DNA of 64,000 nt from positions 832,001 to 896,000 of the forward strand of contig CAVPPB010000003.1 of assembly GCA_963707215.1 (NCBI GenBank), in the 5' to 3' direction. This document shows, piece by piece, positions 30,379 to 40,498 of the stretch. The stretch comes from an uncultured Chloroflexia bacterium (GTDB taxonomy: Bacteria > Chloroflexota > Limnocylindria > Limnocylindrales > CSP1-4). The notes under the pieces are model-generated. The model did not search any database. It was not told where the DNA came from and saw only the letters and a program-made list of their open reading frames with translations. How positions within the stretch are numbered: position 1 is the stretch's first letter; every line of letters begins with the position of its first letter. A program made the position numbers and the translations under genes.

Positions 30379-32427
30379 CTACGACCCCTCGGCCACGATG
30401 CGGACGTCGCCCTGGGCGATCCGACGAGCCCGACGCCTGGACCGGATCCGGGCCACCAGAAGGGTGCCCGCGGTCAACACGAGCAGGAGGATCCCGAGGC
30501 CGCTGAGCGCCCGGCGGATCCCTACCCCCTCGGCACCGTCCCAGCTGGCCCGGGCCCGCTCCGCGGCCTCGACGGCGGTCAGCAGGTCCCCGGCCTCGAA
30601 GGCGGCTTCGGCGGCGATGAGGTCGGCCTCCGGCTCCTCGCCCAGGAGGCCGATCGAGGCGAGCAGGGTCGGCTCGGCGACATGGGCCGTCTCGGCGTCT
30701 TGGAGCGCGTCGAGTGCGGCGAGCTCTGCCCGGGCCTCGGCGTCGGCAGCCCGCAGACTCCCTTCCTCGAAGCGGTCCCGCAGCGTCGATGGTGGCCGGA
30801 TCCCGAGCTCGTCGGCACGCGCCTCGATCACGGCCCGCTCGTCAAGGACGGCCCTGGCCTGGGCGATGAGCCCGAGTGCCTCGGCGAACCGCCAGGCCCC
30901 GAGCTCTTCCCGGATGGCAGCCGGCAGCTCCCAGTCGACAGCGAGGTCGGCGACCTCGCGATGCTCGCTGCGAGCCACGGATCGTCGATCCAGGAGGTCG
31001 GCTTCCTGGTCCCTGACGACCCAGCGCCGCCACAGATCGTCGAACCGAGCACCCGTCCGTTCCTCCAGGAGGTCGAGGGACCCCCGCCAGTCCGGCGTCG
31101 ATCGGCTCGGGACCGGCGCGTCGGGGTCGCCGTGGCGGGGCTGGTAGGCTGCCTCGCCGGCCGCGACCGCGGCCCAGACCGCCCGGAGCCCGTCCGGCCC
31201 GGCCCGTTCGGCGATCGACGAGGCCAGGGCCAGCGAGGCCGCGTAGCCATAGTCCTCGACCGCGTCGTCGGCCGTGCCCACCGCGCCCCAGGTGTTGAGC
31301 GGGATCCGGGATGCCACGAGCTCCGGGGTCAGGACGTCGGCCGTCGCCTCGACCCCGAGGCCGGTCGCCGCCAGGCCCGCGTAGTAGCTGGCGAACCCCT
31401 CGTTCGCCCAGCGCTCGGCCAGGAACGCGCCGTTGAACCAGAGGTGCGCACCCTCGTGGAGGATGACCAACGGGCCGGCGGCGTAGTCGACGTCGATCCG
31501 CCCCGCTGCCGGGTCGAAGATGCCCGCGTACCCGCCCAGGGTCCGGCTGACCCCCTCGCGCACGACGATGGGCTCGGCGCGCTCCGGGTAGGCGACCCCG
31601 ATCGAATCGCCCAGGACGGGCAGCCCTCGGACGAACAGGTCCTCGATCCGCTCCGACCAGGCCGGGTCGTCGACCCAGGCCTGAAGGGTGATCGGGACCG
31701 GGGCGCCGAGGACGAGCGCCTCGATGTCGCGGGCGGCGTAGGCCCCGGGCCGGTCGGCGACCACGTAGGCGAAGAAGTCGAGCGGGTCGGCGAGCGGGCC
31801 CGTCCGAAAGACCTGGACCCCGTCGGCGCCATCACTCGGGCCGTCCATCGAGCCAGCCGCGAACCCGACGGCGTAGTCGGCCGGCAGGCTCAGGGTCACC
31901 GATCCGCCGGGCGTGTCGTCGCTGGCGAAGGCCCAGACCGGGAAGGTGACCAGGGCCTGGCCGACCCGCACGTCCCGACCGGGGGAGCCACCTGGATCGG
32001 GCAGCTCGAAGGTCAGGCGGAGCGCGGTCGAGCGGCCCGAGAAGAGCCGCTGCCCGAAGGCGATCCGGAGCAGGGTGTATTCGTCGTTGCGGCTGGCGAC
32101 CCGGACGGTCGGCTTGCCGTCGGGCGAGGAGATCGCGAACGTCTCGGTGCCCGGCTGGACCGCCAGGAACGCCTCGTCGAAGTAGTAGCGTCGGGTGGAC
32201 GTGTCCTTACGGTTGTTGGTGGCCGTCAGGTCGACCGCCACCCGGACGGTCGCCTCGTCGGGCACGACGACGTAGTCCGCGTCGCCGACCAGCGAGAGGT
32301 CCGGCGTGGCAGCAGCCACCGGCGCCGGCTGGGCTGCAAGCAGCGCGAGCCAGGCAGTCGCCAGGACGACGGCCAGCACCGAGCGGAGCGATCGACGCGT
32401 CGGGCGGGTCGGTCGGCGGGTGCTCAC
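30379..32427 (-). CDS. Secreted, C-terminally membrane-anchored gluzincin (MA-clan) metallopeptidase-like protein
   Basis: Arg-rich signal peptide; ILHEGAHLW...WANEGFASYY (HExxH-x14-E); C-terminal TM helix with Arg-rich tail. Confidence 0.75.
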   Translation of the reverse strand: MSTRRPTRPTRRSLRSVLAVVLATAWLALLAAQPAPVAAATPDLSLVGDADYVVVPDEATVRVAVDLTATNNRKDTSTRRYYFDEAFLAVQPGTETFAISSPDGKPTVRVASRNDEYTLLRIAFGQRLFSGRSTALRLTFELPDPGGSPGRDVRVGQALVTFPVWAFASDDTPGGSVTLSLPADYAVGFAAGSMDGPSDGADGVQVFRTGPLADPLDFFAYVVADRPGAYAARDIEALVLGAPVPITLQAWVDDPAWSERIEDLFVRGLPVLGDSIGVAYPERAEPIVVREGVSRTLGGYAGIFDPAAGRIDVDYAAGPLVILHEGAHLWFNGAFLAERWANEGFASYYAGLAATGLGVEATADVLTPELVASRIPLNTWGAVGTADDAVEDYGYAASLALASSIAERAGPDGLRAVWAAVAAGEAAYQPRHGDPDAPVPSRSTPDWRGSLDLLEERTGARFDDLWRRWVVRDQEADLLDRRSVARSEHREVADLAVDWELPAAIREELGAWRFAEALGLIAQARAVLDERAVIEARADELGIRPPSTLRDRFEEGSLRAADAEARAELAALDALQDAETAHVAEPTLLASIGLLGEEPEADLIAAEAAFEAGDLLTAVEAAERARASWDGAEGVGIRRALSGLGILLLVLTAGTLLVARIRSRRRARRIAQGDVRIVAEGS

Positions 32428-32948
32428 GGCTGGACGAGCTCGGCGAGCCGGTCCGCGTAGCGGGCGAACAGCTGGACCTGGCGGCTGACCCGGTCGCCGG
32501 TCGGCGGGATGCGCCCGCCGATCCAGAGCCAGTCGGCCGAATCCTCCAGGAGCTGGTCGCAGATCGCCAGGAGCCGTGCGATCGCCACGCCGACGGCGTC
32601 CCGGTCCAGCGTCTCGAGCGGGAGTTCCGTCGTCAGGATGGGCCGCTCGTCCTGGGCGATGGCGAACTTGACGAAGGGGAACTCGTCGTTCCAGCGGAGC
32701 AGCTTGCGGTATGACTTCCGAAACCCGTCACCGATGGGCGGCGCGAAGTGGACCCAGACGACGAGGGCGAGGCCGGGGTCGAGGATCAGGGTGACCGGGA
32801 CGTCGAAGCGACGCCGACCGTCGAGGTCGAGGTCCCACGAGGAGACCCCCTCGCGCTCGGCGCGCTCGGTCGGCACCAGGGCGAGCTCCTGGAGCCAGCG
32901 CTCGACGTCGGCCGCGGACACGGCGCGGCCCGGGATGGACGGGGGCAT
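32424..32948 (-). CDS. YbjN-family (CesT-like chaperone fold) protein
   Basis: Size and pattern (YRKLLRWNDEFPFVKFAI..D..ILTTELP..LD); TGA overlaps the GTG of the peptidase. Confidence 0.6.
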   Translation of the reverse strand: MPPSIPGRAVSAADVERWLQELALVPTERAEREGVSSWDLDLDGRRRFDVPVTLILDPGLALVVWVHFAPPIGDGFRKSYRKLLRWNDEFPFVKFAIAQDERPILTTELPLETLDRDAVGVAIARLLAICDQLLEDSADWLWIGGRIPPTGDRVSRQVQLFARYADRLAELVQP

Positions 32949-33028
32949 GGCCGGAGCAGTCTACCCGGGATCGGCCGGAGGGCCCTCGGCGGGGTCAGGC
33001 CGGCGATCGGCGCGGGTCGCCGCCCCGA

Positions 33029-34361
33029 TCAGCTCCCGGCGGCCCGTGACGAAAGGGGCTCGCCGGCGGTCGCCGGCTTCGGCCGGCGCGAGCTCCTGGC
33101 CCCCTTGGCGCCCCCTCGCCGGATCGTCCCGCCGGTGGGCACGGACCTGGACTTGAAGTCGCCCGAGCGGACCCCCTCGTCGATCCGGACGTTGCGACCG
33201 ACCCGCGTGCCGCGGGGGATCACGGCCTGCTTGCCGACGACGGTGATGCCGGTACTGAGCCGGGTCGGCTCGTCGCGGTTGGCCGGCTCATCGGGGCCCT
33301 GTCCGACGATCGACCCCTGGCCCACGACCACCTCCTTGTCGAGGATGGCCCGGTCCACCACCGCGTTCGAGCGGATGACGCTGTCGAACATGACGATCGA
33401 ATCGCGGACGACCGCCCCCAGCTCGACCCGCACTCCCGGCGAGAGGACCGAGTTGACGACGGTCCCGTGGATGATGCAGCCGTGGCTGATGAGGCTGCGG
33501 TGGACCTGGGCGGTCGGACCGACCTTGGCCGGCGGGCGCTCCTCCGATTTCGTGAAGACGGTCCACTCGCGATCGTAGAGATCGAGCTCGGGGCGGTCGA
33601 CCAGCAGGGCGAGATTCGCCTCCCAGTAGGACTGGATGGTGCCCACGTCCTGCCAGTAGCCGCCGAAGCGGTAGCCGAAGACTCGCGCCCCGCCATCGAG
33701 CATCGCCGGGATGACGTTGGCCCCGAAGTCGGTCAGCGACTCGTCCAGCCAGCGGAGGAGCGCCCGCTTCGTGAAGACGTACACGCCCATCGACGCCAGG
33801 TCGCTCTTGGGCTGCTTGGGCTTCTCCTGCCAGTCGACGATCCGGTCGGTCTCATCGAGGGCGAGGATCCCCATCCGGGTGGCCTCGGCGAGGGGCACCT
33901 GGCGGACGCCGATCGTCACGTCGGCCCGTCGACGGCGATGGGCCTGGACGAACGGCTGGTAGTCCATCTTGTAGATGTGATCACCGGCAAGGACCACGAT
34001 GGTGTCGGCGGGGTGCTGCTCGATGGCCCCGAGGTTCTGGAGCACCGCGTCGGCCGTCCCCCGGTACCACTCCCCGCCCCGGCCACGCGCCACGTAGGGC
34101 TGCATCAGGCGAACGCCGCCGCGCGCCCGGTCGAGGTCCCATGGCCGCCCCAGGCCGATGTGGTCGGTCAGCGATCGGGGCGCGTACTGGGTCAGGACCA
34201 GGACGTCGTCGATATCCGAGTTGACGCAGTTGCGACAGGGTGAAGTCGATGATCCGGTACTTACCGCCGAACGGCACCGCCGGCTTGGCCCGGATGGCCG
34301 ACAGGATCGAGAGACGCTCGCCCTCGCCCCCGGCCAGGATGATCGCCATCGTGCGCTTCAC
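33029..34361 (-). CDS. glgC: Glucose-1-phosphate adenylyltransferase; frameshifted by one extra base near 34232 (probable sequence error)
   Basis: [30 protein letters not shown], then in the next frame [43 protein letters not shown]. Confidence 0.9.
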
Positions 34362-34443
34362 GGGCGGGCCCCCTTTCCAGCTGGCGATCCACGCTCCCCA
34401 GCGCCGATGCTAGCACCGTCCCATCGGGCGGCGGAGGCCGGGA

Positions 34444-35799
34444 TCAGACGAACAGCCGGGGGTTCACCCAGGAGCCGTTCCGTTCGATCATCCAGTGCAG
34501 GTGCGGCCCGGTGGTCCGGCCGGTCATCCCGTTGTAGCCGATGACCTCGCCCTGCTTGACCGACTCACCGGCCCGGACGGTCAGCGGCTTCGTTGCGTTG
34601 TCGAGGTGGGCGTACCACGAGATGAGCGTCTCGGAGTGGGCGATGATGACGATCCAGGCCTTCGGCACCGGGTCGTAGGGGTTCGCTCCGGCGAAGACGA
34701 CGACCCCGTCTCCCGCGGCCTTCACCGGGGTGTACATCGGCGCGGCGATGTCGATGCCCTTGTGGAAGTGGGCGCAGCTGCCCAGCGGCGGCTCCCAGGA
34801 GAAGCCGGTGCAGCCGAACTCCTGGGTGATCTTGCCGGCCATCGGCCAGATGAACGTCCCGTTGTACTGCGAGGGGATGTTGCCGTACTGCTTGCGCTGC
34901 CGGATCAGCTCCTCGATCTGGGCCTGCAGGCGACGCTGGGCCGCCTCGCTGGCCTTGAGCGCCCTGTCCGCGGCGGCCTTGTTCGAGTCGAGCTGGGCGT
35001 AGGCCGACCGCTGGGCAGACAGCGCGCGGGCGGTCTCCTTCTTGAGGACCTCGAGCTGGCGCTTGGCCTCCCGCAGGTCGGCCACCCGGGCGTCGAGCTC
35101 GGCCTTCTGGGCGGCCGTCTCGTCCCGAAGCTCGATCGTCTGGCGGGTCGTGACGAGGACCTGTCCCTTGAGCGCATCGAGGACCTCCTGGTCGCGCTCG
35201 ATGGCCCGAGCCAGGGCCCGGTCCTGCTCGCCCACGTCGAGGTGCCAGTCGACCTCGGCGATGACGTCGGTGAACGACTCGCCCGACAGGAAGGTCTCCA
35301 GGATCGAGGTCCGATCCGTCGAGTAGGCGCTCCGGATCCGCTCCGCGAGCTCCTCCTTCTTGACCGCCAGGGCCTCGGCCATGGCCTGCGCCTCGGCCTT
35401 CAGGCGGACCAGCTGCGTGGCCAGGATCTTGAGCTGGAGGACCAGCCCGTCGTAGACGCGCTGGACCTCGGCGATCTGGACCTCGAGCCCCTTGATCCGG
35501 GTCGCGATCGCGTCCAGGTCGGCGTTGACCTGCTTGAGCGCCGCGGCGGTCTGGGAGATCTCGGCCTTGAGCGAGGCCTGGGCAGCGTGGAGCTTCTCGA
35601 TCTGGGCCCTCTGGGCGTCGATCTGCTGCTGCAGCTCCTTCTTGTCCTTGACGGCGTCGTCGAGCTCGTCGGCCGAGACCCCAGGGGCCGGGCCGGCGAC
35701 GAGGCCGGCCGCCAGCGGCAGGACGAGGAGGAAGGCGAGGAAGCGCAGGGGCAGGCGGCGGGGCGATCCGGAGGCCCAGCCGGGGGCGTGGCGCTGCAT
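34444..35799 (-). CDS. M23-family peptidase with long coiled coil (EnvC/CwlO-like murein hydrolase)
   Basis: Signal peptide, coiled coil, HKGIDIA (HxxxD), YAHL, TGPHLH. Confidence 0.9.
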   Translation of the reverse strand: MQRHAPGWASGSPRRLPLRFLAFLLVLPLAAGLVAGPAPGVSADELDDAVKDKKELQQQIDAQRAQIEKLHAAQASLKAEISQTAAALKQVNADLDAIATRIKGLEVQIAEVQRVYDGLVLQLKILATQLVRLKAEAQAMAEALAVKKEELAERIRSAYSTDRTSILETFLSGESFTDVIAEVDWHLDVGEQDRALARAIERDQEVLDALKGQVLVTTRQTIELRDETAAQKAELDARVADLREAKRQLEVLKKETARALSAQRSAYAQLDSNKAAADRALKASEAAQRRLQAQIEELIRQRKQYGNIPSQYNGTFIWPMAGKITQEFGCTGFSWEPPLGSCAHFHKGIDIAAPMYTPVKAAGDGVVVFAGANPYDPVPKAWIVIIAHSETLISWYAHLDNATKPLTVRAGESVKQGEVIGYNGMTGRTTGPHLHWMIERNGSWVNPRLFV

Positions 35800-35988
35800 C
35801 AGTGCTGGAGCATCCTGCGAGCGGTCTCCGTGGTTGGCCCGGGCGGCGCTTGGCTCGCGACGGTCCGCGACGCGGTATGGCTCGCCGGCCATCCACAGCA
35901 GCGACGGGCACGGCCGCGGCCGATGCCGGCTCCGCGGAATCCTACACCCGCACCCCGAGCAGCCCCGCTGGTACGAAGGTACGGCTCG

Positions 35989-36666
35989 CTATGCGGGACC
36001 CGTGACCAGGATCCCCCAGAGGATCCCGACGATGAGGAACGGGCCGTAGGGCACGTACGTTCGCAGGGTGATCCGTCGCAGGGCCAGCAGGACGACGAGG
36101 ACGACCCCGGCGAGCAGGACGCCGGCCACCACCCCGGCCAGGAACGGCCCGACGCCGGCCAGCAGGCCCGCTCCGACGAGGAACTTCACGTCGCCCAGCC
36201 CGAACGCGCCCGACCCGAACGGGATCGAGGCGACGTACAGGACGGTCGGGACGGCCACGGCGGCGACGACGGCCAGGGGCAGGTCGACCGGGGCCACGAG
36301 CGGGTTCCAGCCGGCCAGCGACGCGACGAACGCGACCGGGATGACCGGCAGGGTGAGGACATCGGGCAGGAGCCGCTGGTCGAGGTCGGTCGCCAGCATG
36401 AGAGCGCAGGCCGTCGCGAAGGCCCCGAAGAGCAGCGAGGCCGCCAGCTCCGGGTACCGCCAGCCCACGGCGGCCAGCGACGCCCCCGAGACGAGCGCCA
36501 CGGCGAGCGTGCGCCAGTCGGCGGCGCGGACCCAGCCGGCTGACCGCACGACGGTGCCGTCCTCGCCGATCTCCGCCTCGTGGACCGGCCAGCGAGCGGC
36601 GATGCGGTCCGCCACCAGGCCCCAGGCGGCACCCACGACGGCGAGGGCGACGACGATGGGGGTCAT
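35989..36666 (-). CDS. Prepilin peptidase (A24), lacking the N-terminal Cys-rich domain
   Basis: TDLDQRLLPD and GLGDVKF catalytic aspartates; VPYGPFL. Confidence 0.85.
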   Translation of the reverse strand: MTPIVVALAVVGAAWGLVADRIAARWPVHEAEIGEDGTVVRSAGWVRAADWRTLAVALVSGASLAAVGWRYPELAASLLFGAFATACALMLATDLDQRLLPDVLTLPVIPVAFVASLAGWNPLVAPVDLPLAVVAAVAVPTVLYVASIPFGSGAFGLGDVKFLVGAGLLAGVGPFLAGVVAGVLLAGVVLVVLLALRRITLRTYVPYGPFLIVGILWGILVTGPA

Positions 36667-36702
36667 CGGGTCGTCGGTTCCGCCACCGTCACGACCGGGG
36701 CG

Positions 36703-38211
36703 TCAGCCCGACCGGGCCCCGGCGAGGGCCAGCTCCACGAGGGTGGCGTGAACGTTCCCGGTCGCGCCTCGCGGCGCGAACGCGGTCGGCTTGCGGAGGT
36801 AGGCGGTCCCGGCGATGTCGAGGTGGACCCACGGCGTCGTGACGAAGCGGCGAAGGAACAGGGCGCTCTTGATGAGGCCGCCGTCCGAGCTGCCGGAGTT
36901 GACCATGTCCGCGTACCACGAGTCCATCTCGGGCCAGTACTCCTCGACGAGGGGCAGGCGCCAGAGCCGCTCGCCTGCCCGCGACGCCGCGGCCGCGACG
37001 GTCTCGTAGAAGTCGTCGGGCGCCCCGAAGGCGCCGCTGACGAGGTGCCCGAGGGCCCGGGCCACGGCACCGGTCAGGGTGGCCACGTCGACGACGTGGG
37101 TCGCCCCCAGCCGCTCGGCATAGGTCATGGCGTCGCCCAGGATGAGGCGGCCCTCGGCGTCGGTGTTGGTGATGTCGACGAACTGGCCGTTGAGCGCCTT
37201 GACCACGTCGCCCGGCCTGGTGGAGTGCGGACCGGGCATGTTCTCGACGGCCGGCGCGACCGCCAGCAGCGGCGTGCCGGGCGCCAGCCGGGCGACCGTG
37301 GCGATCGCCGCGATGACCGTGCAGGCGCCGGTCTTGTCCATCTTCATCTCTTCCATCCGGTCGGACGGCTTGATGCTGATGCCCCCGGAGTCGAAGCAGA
37401 CGCCCTTGCCGACGAGCGCCAGGTGGCGGTCCAGGGCGTCGCGCTCCCCTTCCCCGCCCGACCGGAGGACGATCATCCGGGGCGGGCTGGCGCTGCCCTG
37501 CCCAACGGCCAGGAACATGCCCATGCCCAGCTCGGCCGCGCGGACCTCGTCGATGACGTCGATGGCCAGGCCGTTCGCGGCCGCGACGGCCCGGGCCTCC
37601 TCGGCCAGCGCCTCGGGAGGGAGCTCGTTGGCGGCCCGGTTCGCCAGGGTCCGGGCCAGCTCGGCCCCCTCCGCCATGATCCGGCCGCGCTCGGCGGCCC
37701 GCTCCAGGTCGGCAGCCGAGCCAGCCGGGACCACGACGATCAGCTCCTGGAGCGCGGGCGGAGCCCCCTCGGGTTCCTGCCGATAGAGGGACTTGGGGTC
37801 ATAGGAGCCCTCGACGAGGCCACGGACGACCTGCTCGGCCGCAGCTTCGAGACCCCCATCGATCGTCGCGAAGGGCTCGAGCCAGACGGCGAGCGACGCG
37901 ACCGACCGACCCGCCAGGCGACGGATCGCCGCGGCCGCAGCCCAGCGGACGGTCTCGCGGTCGAGGTCCGGGGACTCCCCGGCACCGACACAGAGGACCC
38001 GACCCGCGCCGAGCTCACCCGCCGCCGCAAGGACCGTGGTGAAGCGCTTGCCCTCGAGCTCGCGCAATGTCGCCAGCCTGCCCAGCTCCCCACCGGCCCG
38101 GCGATCGATCTCCCCGAGGACCGCCTCGAAGCGGGGCTCCCCGACGATCGGCAGGACGAGGACGTCCGCGGCGACATCCCAGGGCTGGTCGACGACGACG
38201 CGCAGCTGCAT
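36703..38211 (-). CDS. pepA: Leucyl aminopeptidase (M17)
   Basis: GKGVCFDSGGISIK, MKMDKTGA, NTDAEGRL, DVATLTGA, WVHLDIAG. Confidence 0.93.
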   Translation of the reverse strand: MQLRVVVDQPWDVAADVLVLPIVGEPRFEAVLGEIDRRAGGELGRLATLRELEGKRFTTVLAAAGELGAGRVLCVGAGESPDLDRETVRWAAAAAIRRLAGRSVASLAVWLEPFATIDGGLEAAAEQVVRGLVEGSYDPKSLYRQEPEGAPPALQELIVVVPAGSAADLERAAERGRIMAEGAELARTLANRAANELPPEALAEEARAVAAANGLAIDVIDEVRAAELGMGMFLAVGQGSASPPRMIVLRSGGEGERDALDRHLALVGKGVCFDSGGISIKPSDRMEEMKMDKTGACTVIAAIATVARLAPGTPLLAVAPAVENMPGPHSTRPGDVVKALNGQFVDITNTDAEGRLILGDAMTYAERLGATHVVDVATLTGAVARALGHLVSGAFGAPDDFYETVAAAASRAGERLWRLPLVEEYWPEMDSWYADMVNSGSSDGGLIKSALFLRRFVTTPWVHLDIAGTAYLRKPTAFAPRGATGNVHATLVELALAGARSG

Positions 38212-38326
38212 GCGTTCAGGGCCTCCGGCTGATATGGGCATCACCGATGACGGCGACACGGGCAAGGGCGCCCGAAGTGTAGCGCGCCGGTCCGTCCGCG
38301 GATCGGCCGGCCTCCGCGAGCGCCGC

Positions 38327-39316
38327 TCAGCCGTCCTCGCCCGACCCCAGGTCCGCCGATCGGAGGGTCTCCGTCGCATCCTCCAGCTGGCCCCGCACCG
38401 TCTCGATCCCGATCGCGACCTCGTTCAAGCCGCCCCGGGCGAGCTCGGCCAGGATCACCGTGAGACCCCGCGTGTCGGGCGGCAGGTCCTGGCGAGCGGC
38501 CTGCTCGGCCGCGAACGCATCACGGACGGCCCCGTCGACCCGGCCACCGGATGCGATCAGGGCGCTGTAGAGCGTTCGCAGCGCAGCATCGTAGGCGGCG
38601 TTGCGGTCGAGCCACTGGTCGAGCGTGACGACGTCGGCGGTGTTGGCCAGGCGGTCGCGCAGGCGGCGGGCCTCGGCGACGATCGCGTCGGACCGATCGA
38701 GCGCGGTCAGTGCCTCCTCGTAGCGGCCGGCCGAGCCGGACGACGCGGCCTCCGCGGTCGAGGCGTCGTGATCCAGGAGCAAGGTCGTCAGCGCGTCCGC
38801 GGCGACGCTTCCGGCTGAGAAGCGGGCCCAGCCGGCCCCGAGATCGCGGGTCAGCTCGAGCGCCTCCAGCAGGTCGATCACCATCTGCCGTTCGGCCGCT
38901 CCCAGTCGGAGCTCCGCATCCGGGGCGAGCGGCACGGTCGGATCCGGCGCGACGCCGGGCAAGGCGAGGATCCCGGTCCGGAGCTCGGCTGCGGCAGCGG
39001 CGACCGCCGGCGCCTGCGTGTCACCCGCCTCGACCGACCTGGCAAGCAGATCCCGGTCGGTCCCCACGAGGGCGACCAGGGCCGTCCGGGCCGTCGTCGA
39101 GTACTCCCCGACGAGCTCCGTCAGGACCTCCAGGTCGTCCACGGCAGCCACCAGGCCCGGGCGGATCGCCTGGTCGCCGGCCCAGGTCAGCTCGGCCCGG
39201 GCCGCGGTCCCGGGCGGGCCGCCGACGCCGGTGACGATCCCGGCTGCACCGAGGGACAGGAGGATCGCGGCTGCGGACCAGCCGAGCGCGAGGAGCAGCG
39301 GGCGGAGACGAGGCAT
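38327..39316 (-). CDS. Hypothetical membrane-anchored helical protein
   Basis: N-terminal hydrophobic helix, Ala/Leu-rich helical body, coding-like codon pattern; start 39316 or 39325. Confidence 0.65.
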   Translation of the reverse strand: MPRLRPLLLALGWSAAAILLSLGAAGIVTGVGGPPGTAARAELTWAGDQAIRPGLVAAVDDLEVLTELVGEYSTTARTALVALVGTDRDLLARSVEAGDTQAPAVAAAAAELRTGILALPGVAPDPTVPLAPDAELRLGAAERQMVIDLLEALELTRDLGAGWARFSAGSVAADALTTLLLDHDASTAEAASSGSAGRYEEALTALDRSDAIVAEARRLRDRLANTADVVTLDQWLDRNAAYDAALRTLYSALIASGGRVDGAVRDAFAAEQAARQDLPPDTRGLTVILAELARGGLNEVAIGIETVRGQLEDATETLRSADLGSGEDG

Positions 39317-39429
39317 GGCGGGCATCGTCGCACAGGACGGCTGACGGGTCAGGGGTGCGACGTCCGGCGCCGTGACGGCGTCCGGGCCCACCGGTGCCGG
39401 TGCGGGGCCGCCGGTGGCGGCCGGACTGG

Positions 39430-40395
39430 CTAGATCGAGGCGGCGACCGGGGCCACCCGGTCCTGGTCCTTCGGCTTGCGCCGGAGGTAGCCCAGCTGGC
39501 CCTCCATGTCGGTCGGCCGGAAACCGAACTCGCGCTCGACCCCGTCGAACAAATCGGTGATGTTGTCGAGTCGGAGCTGCCGGAGCTGGTCGGTGGCGAC
39601 CGGGAACGGGATGCGGAGGGTCTCGCTCGTCCCGGCGACCAGACGGATCAGCGGGACGGGCATCGGGACGATGACCCGCTTGGTGCCCATGCCGGCCATC
39701 ACCTCGCGAGCGATCTCCTTGTACGTCCAGTACCGCGGGCCGCCCAGGTCGTAGCTCCGCCCGATCGTCGCGTCGTCGTCGAGCGCCATGGCGGCCACCC
39801 GGGCGACATCGGTCGCGGCGATCGGCTGGAAGCGGCTCTCGCCGTTGCCGGGGACCGGCACGAGACCCGGCGACATCCGGACCAGGCCCGCCAGGATGTT
39901 GAAGAAGCCGTCGCGCTCGCCCCACTGGAGCGATGGCTTGAGGATGGTCCAGTCCAGCCCGCTCTCACGGACGATCGTCTCGGCCTTGGCCTTCGAGCTC
40001 GCGTAGTGGAGGTTCGGGTCGTCCTCGACGCCCATGGCGCCCATGTGGACGAGGCGGCGGACGCCGGCGCCCTTCATCGCCTCGACCACGTTGCGGGTGC
40101 CCTCGGTGTTGACGAGGCGGAGGCTGGCGCCGCCGTCCCGGTCACGGGGGAGGGCGACCAGGTGGACGACCGCGTCGACGCCCGCAAGGGCACCGGGCAG
40201 TGTCTCGGGACGGGTCACGTCGCCGGTTCGCAGCTCCACGTTGGACCGCTCCTGGGGCCCGAGGCGTCCGAGGACGGTGGCGCCCGCGGCATCCGACCGG
40301 ACGAGGCCGACGACCTGGTGGCCGCCGGCGAGGAGTGCAGGGACGACGTAGCTGCCCACGAAGCCGCTGGCGCCGGTGACGAGGACGGTGGCCAT
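39430..40395 (-). CDS. NAD(P)-dependent epimerase/atypical SDR (NDUFA9-like)
   Basis: TGASGFVG, GDV, HLVA, YASSKAKAE, FQPI, DLGGP. Confidence 0.9.
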   Translation of the reverse strand: MATVLVTGASGFVGSYVVPALLAGGHQVVGLVRSDAAGATVLGRLGPQERSNVELRTGDVTRPETLPGALAGVDAVVHLVALPRDRDGGASLRLVNTEGTRNVVEAMKGAGVRRLVHMGAMGVEDDPNLHYASSKAKAETIVRESGLDWTILKPSLQWGERDGFFNILAGLVRMSPGLVPVPGNGESRFQPIAATDVARVAAMALDDDATIGRSYDLGGPRYWTYKEIAREVMAGMGTKRVIVPMPVPLIRLVAGTSETLRIPFPVATDQLRQLRLDNITDLFDGVEREFGFRPTDMEGQLGYLRRKPKDQDRVAPVAASI

Positions 40396-40498
40396 GATCA
40401 GGATCCCTTCTGCATCTGCGCGGCGTCGGTCGCGCTGATCTCACCCTACCGTTCGCGGCGACGCGCGCGCCGGATGGGGCTCGCGTAGCATCGCTCCG

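Noticed and set aside
35800-35988. Long leader upstream of the M23 peptidase, a common riboswitch position
   Set aside because: No recognisable c-di-AMP or c-di-GMP consensus; only a TG-TAGGAT-like -10 element.
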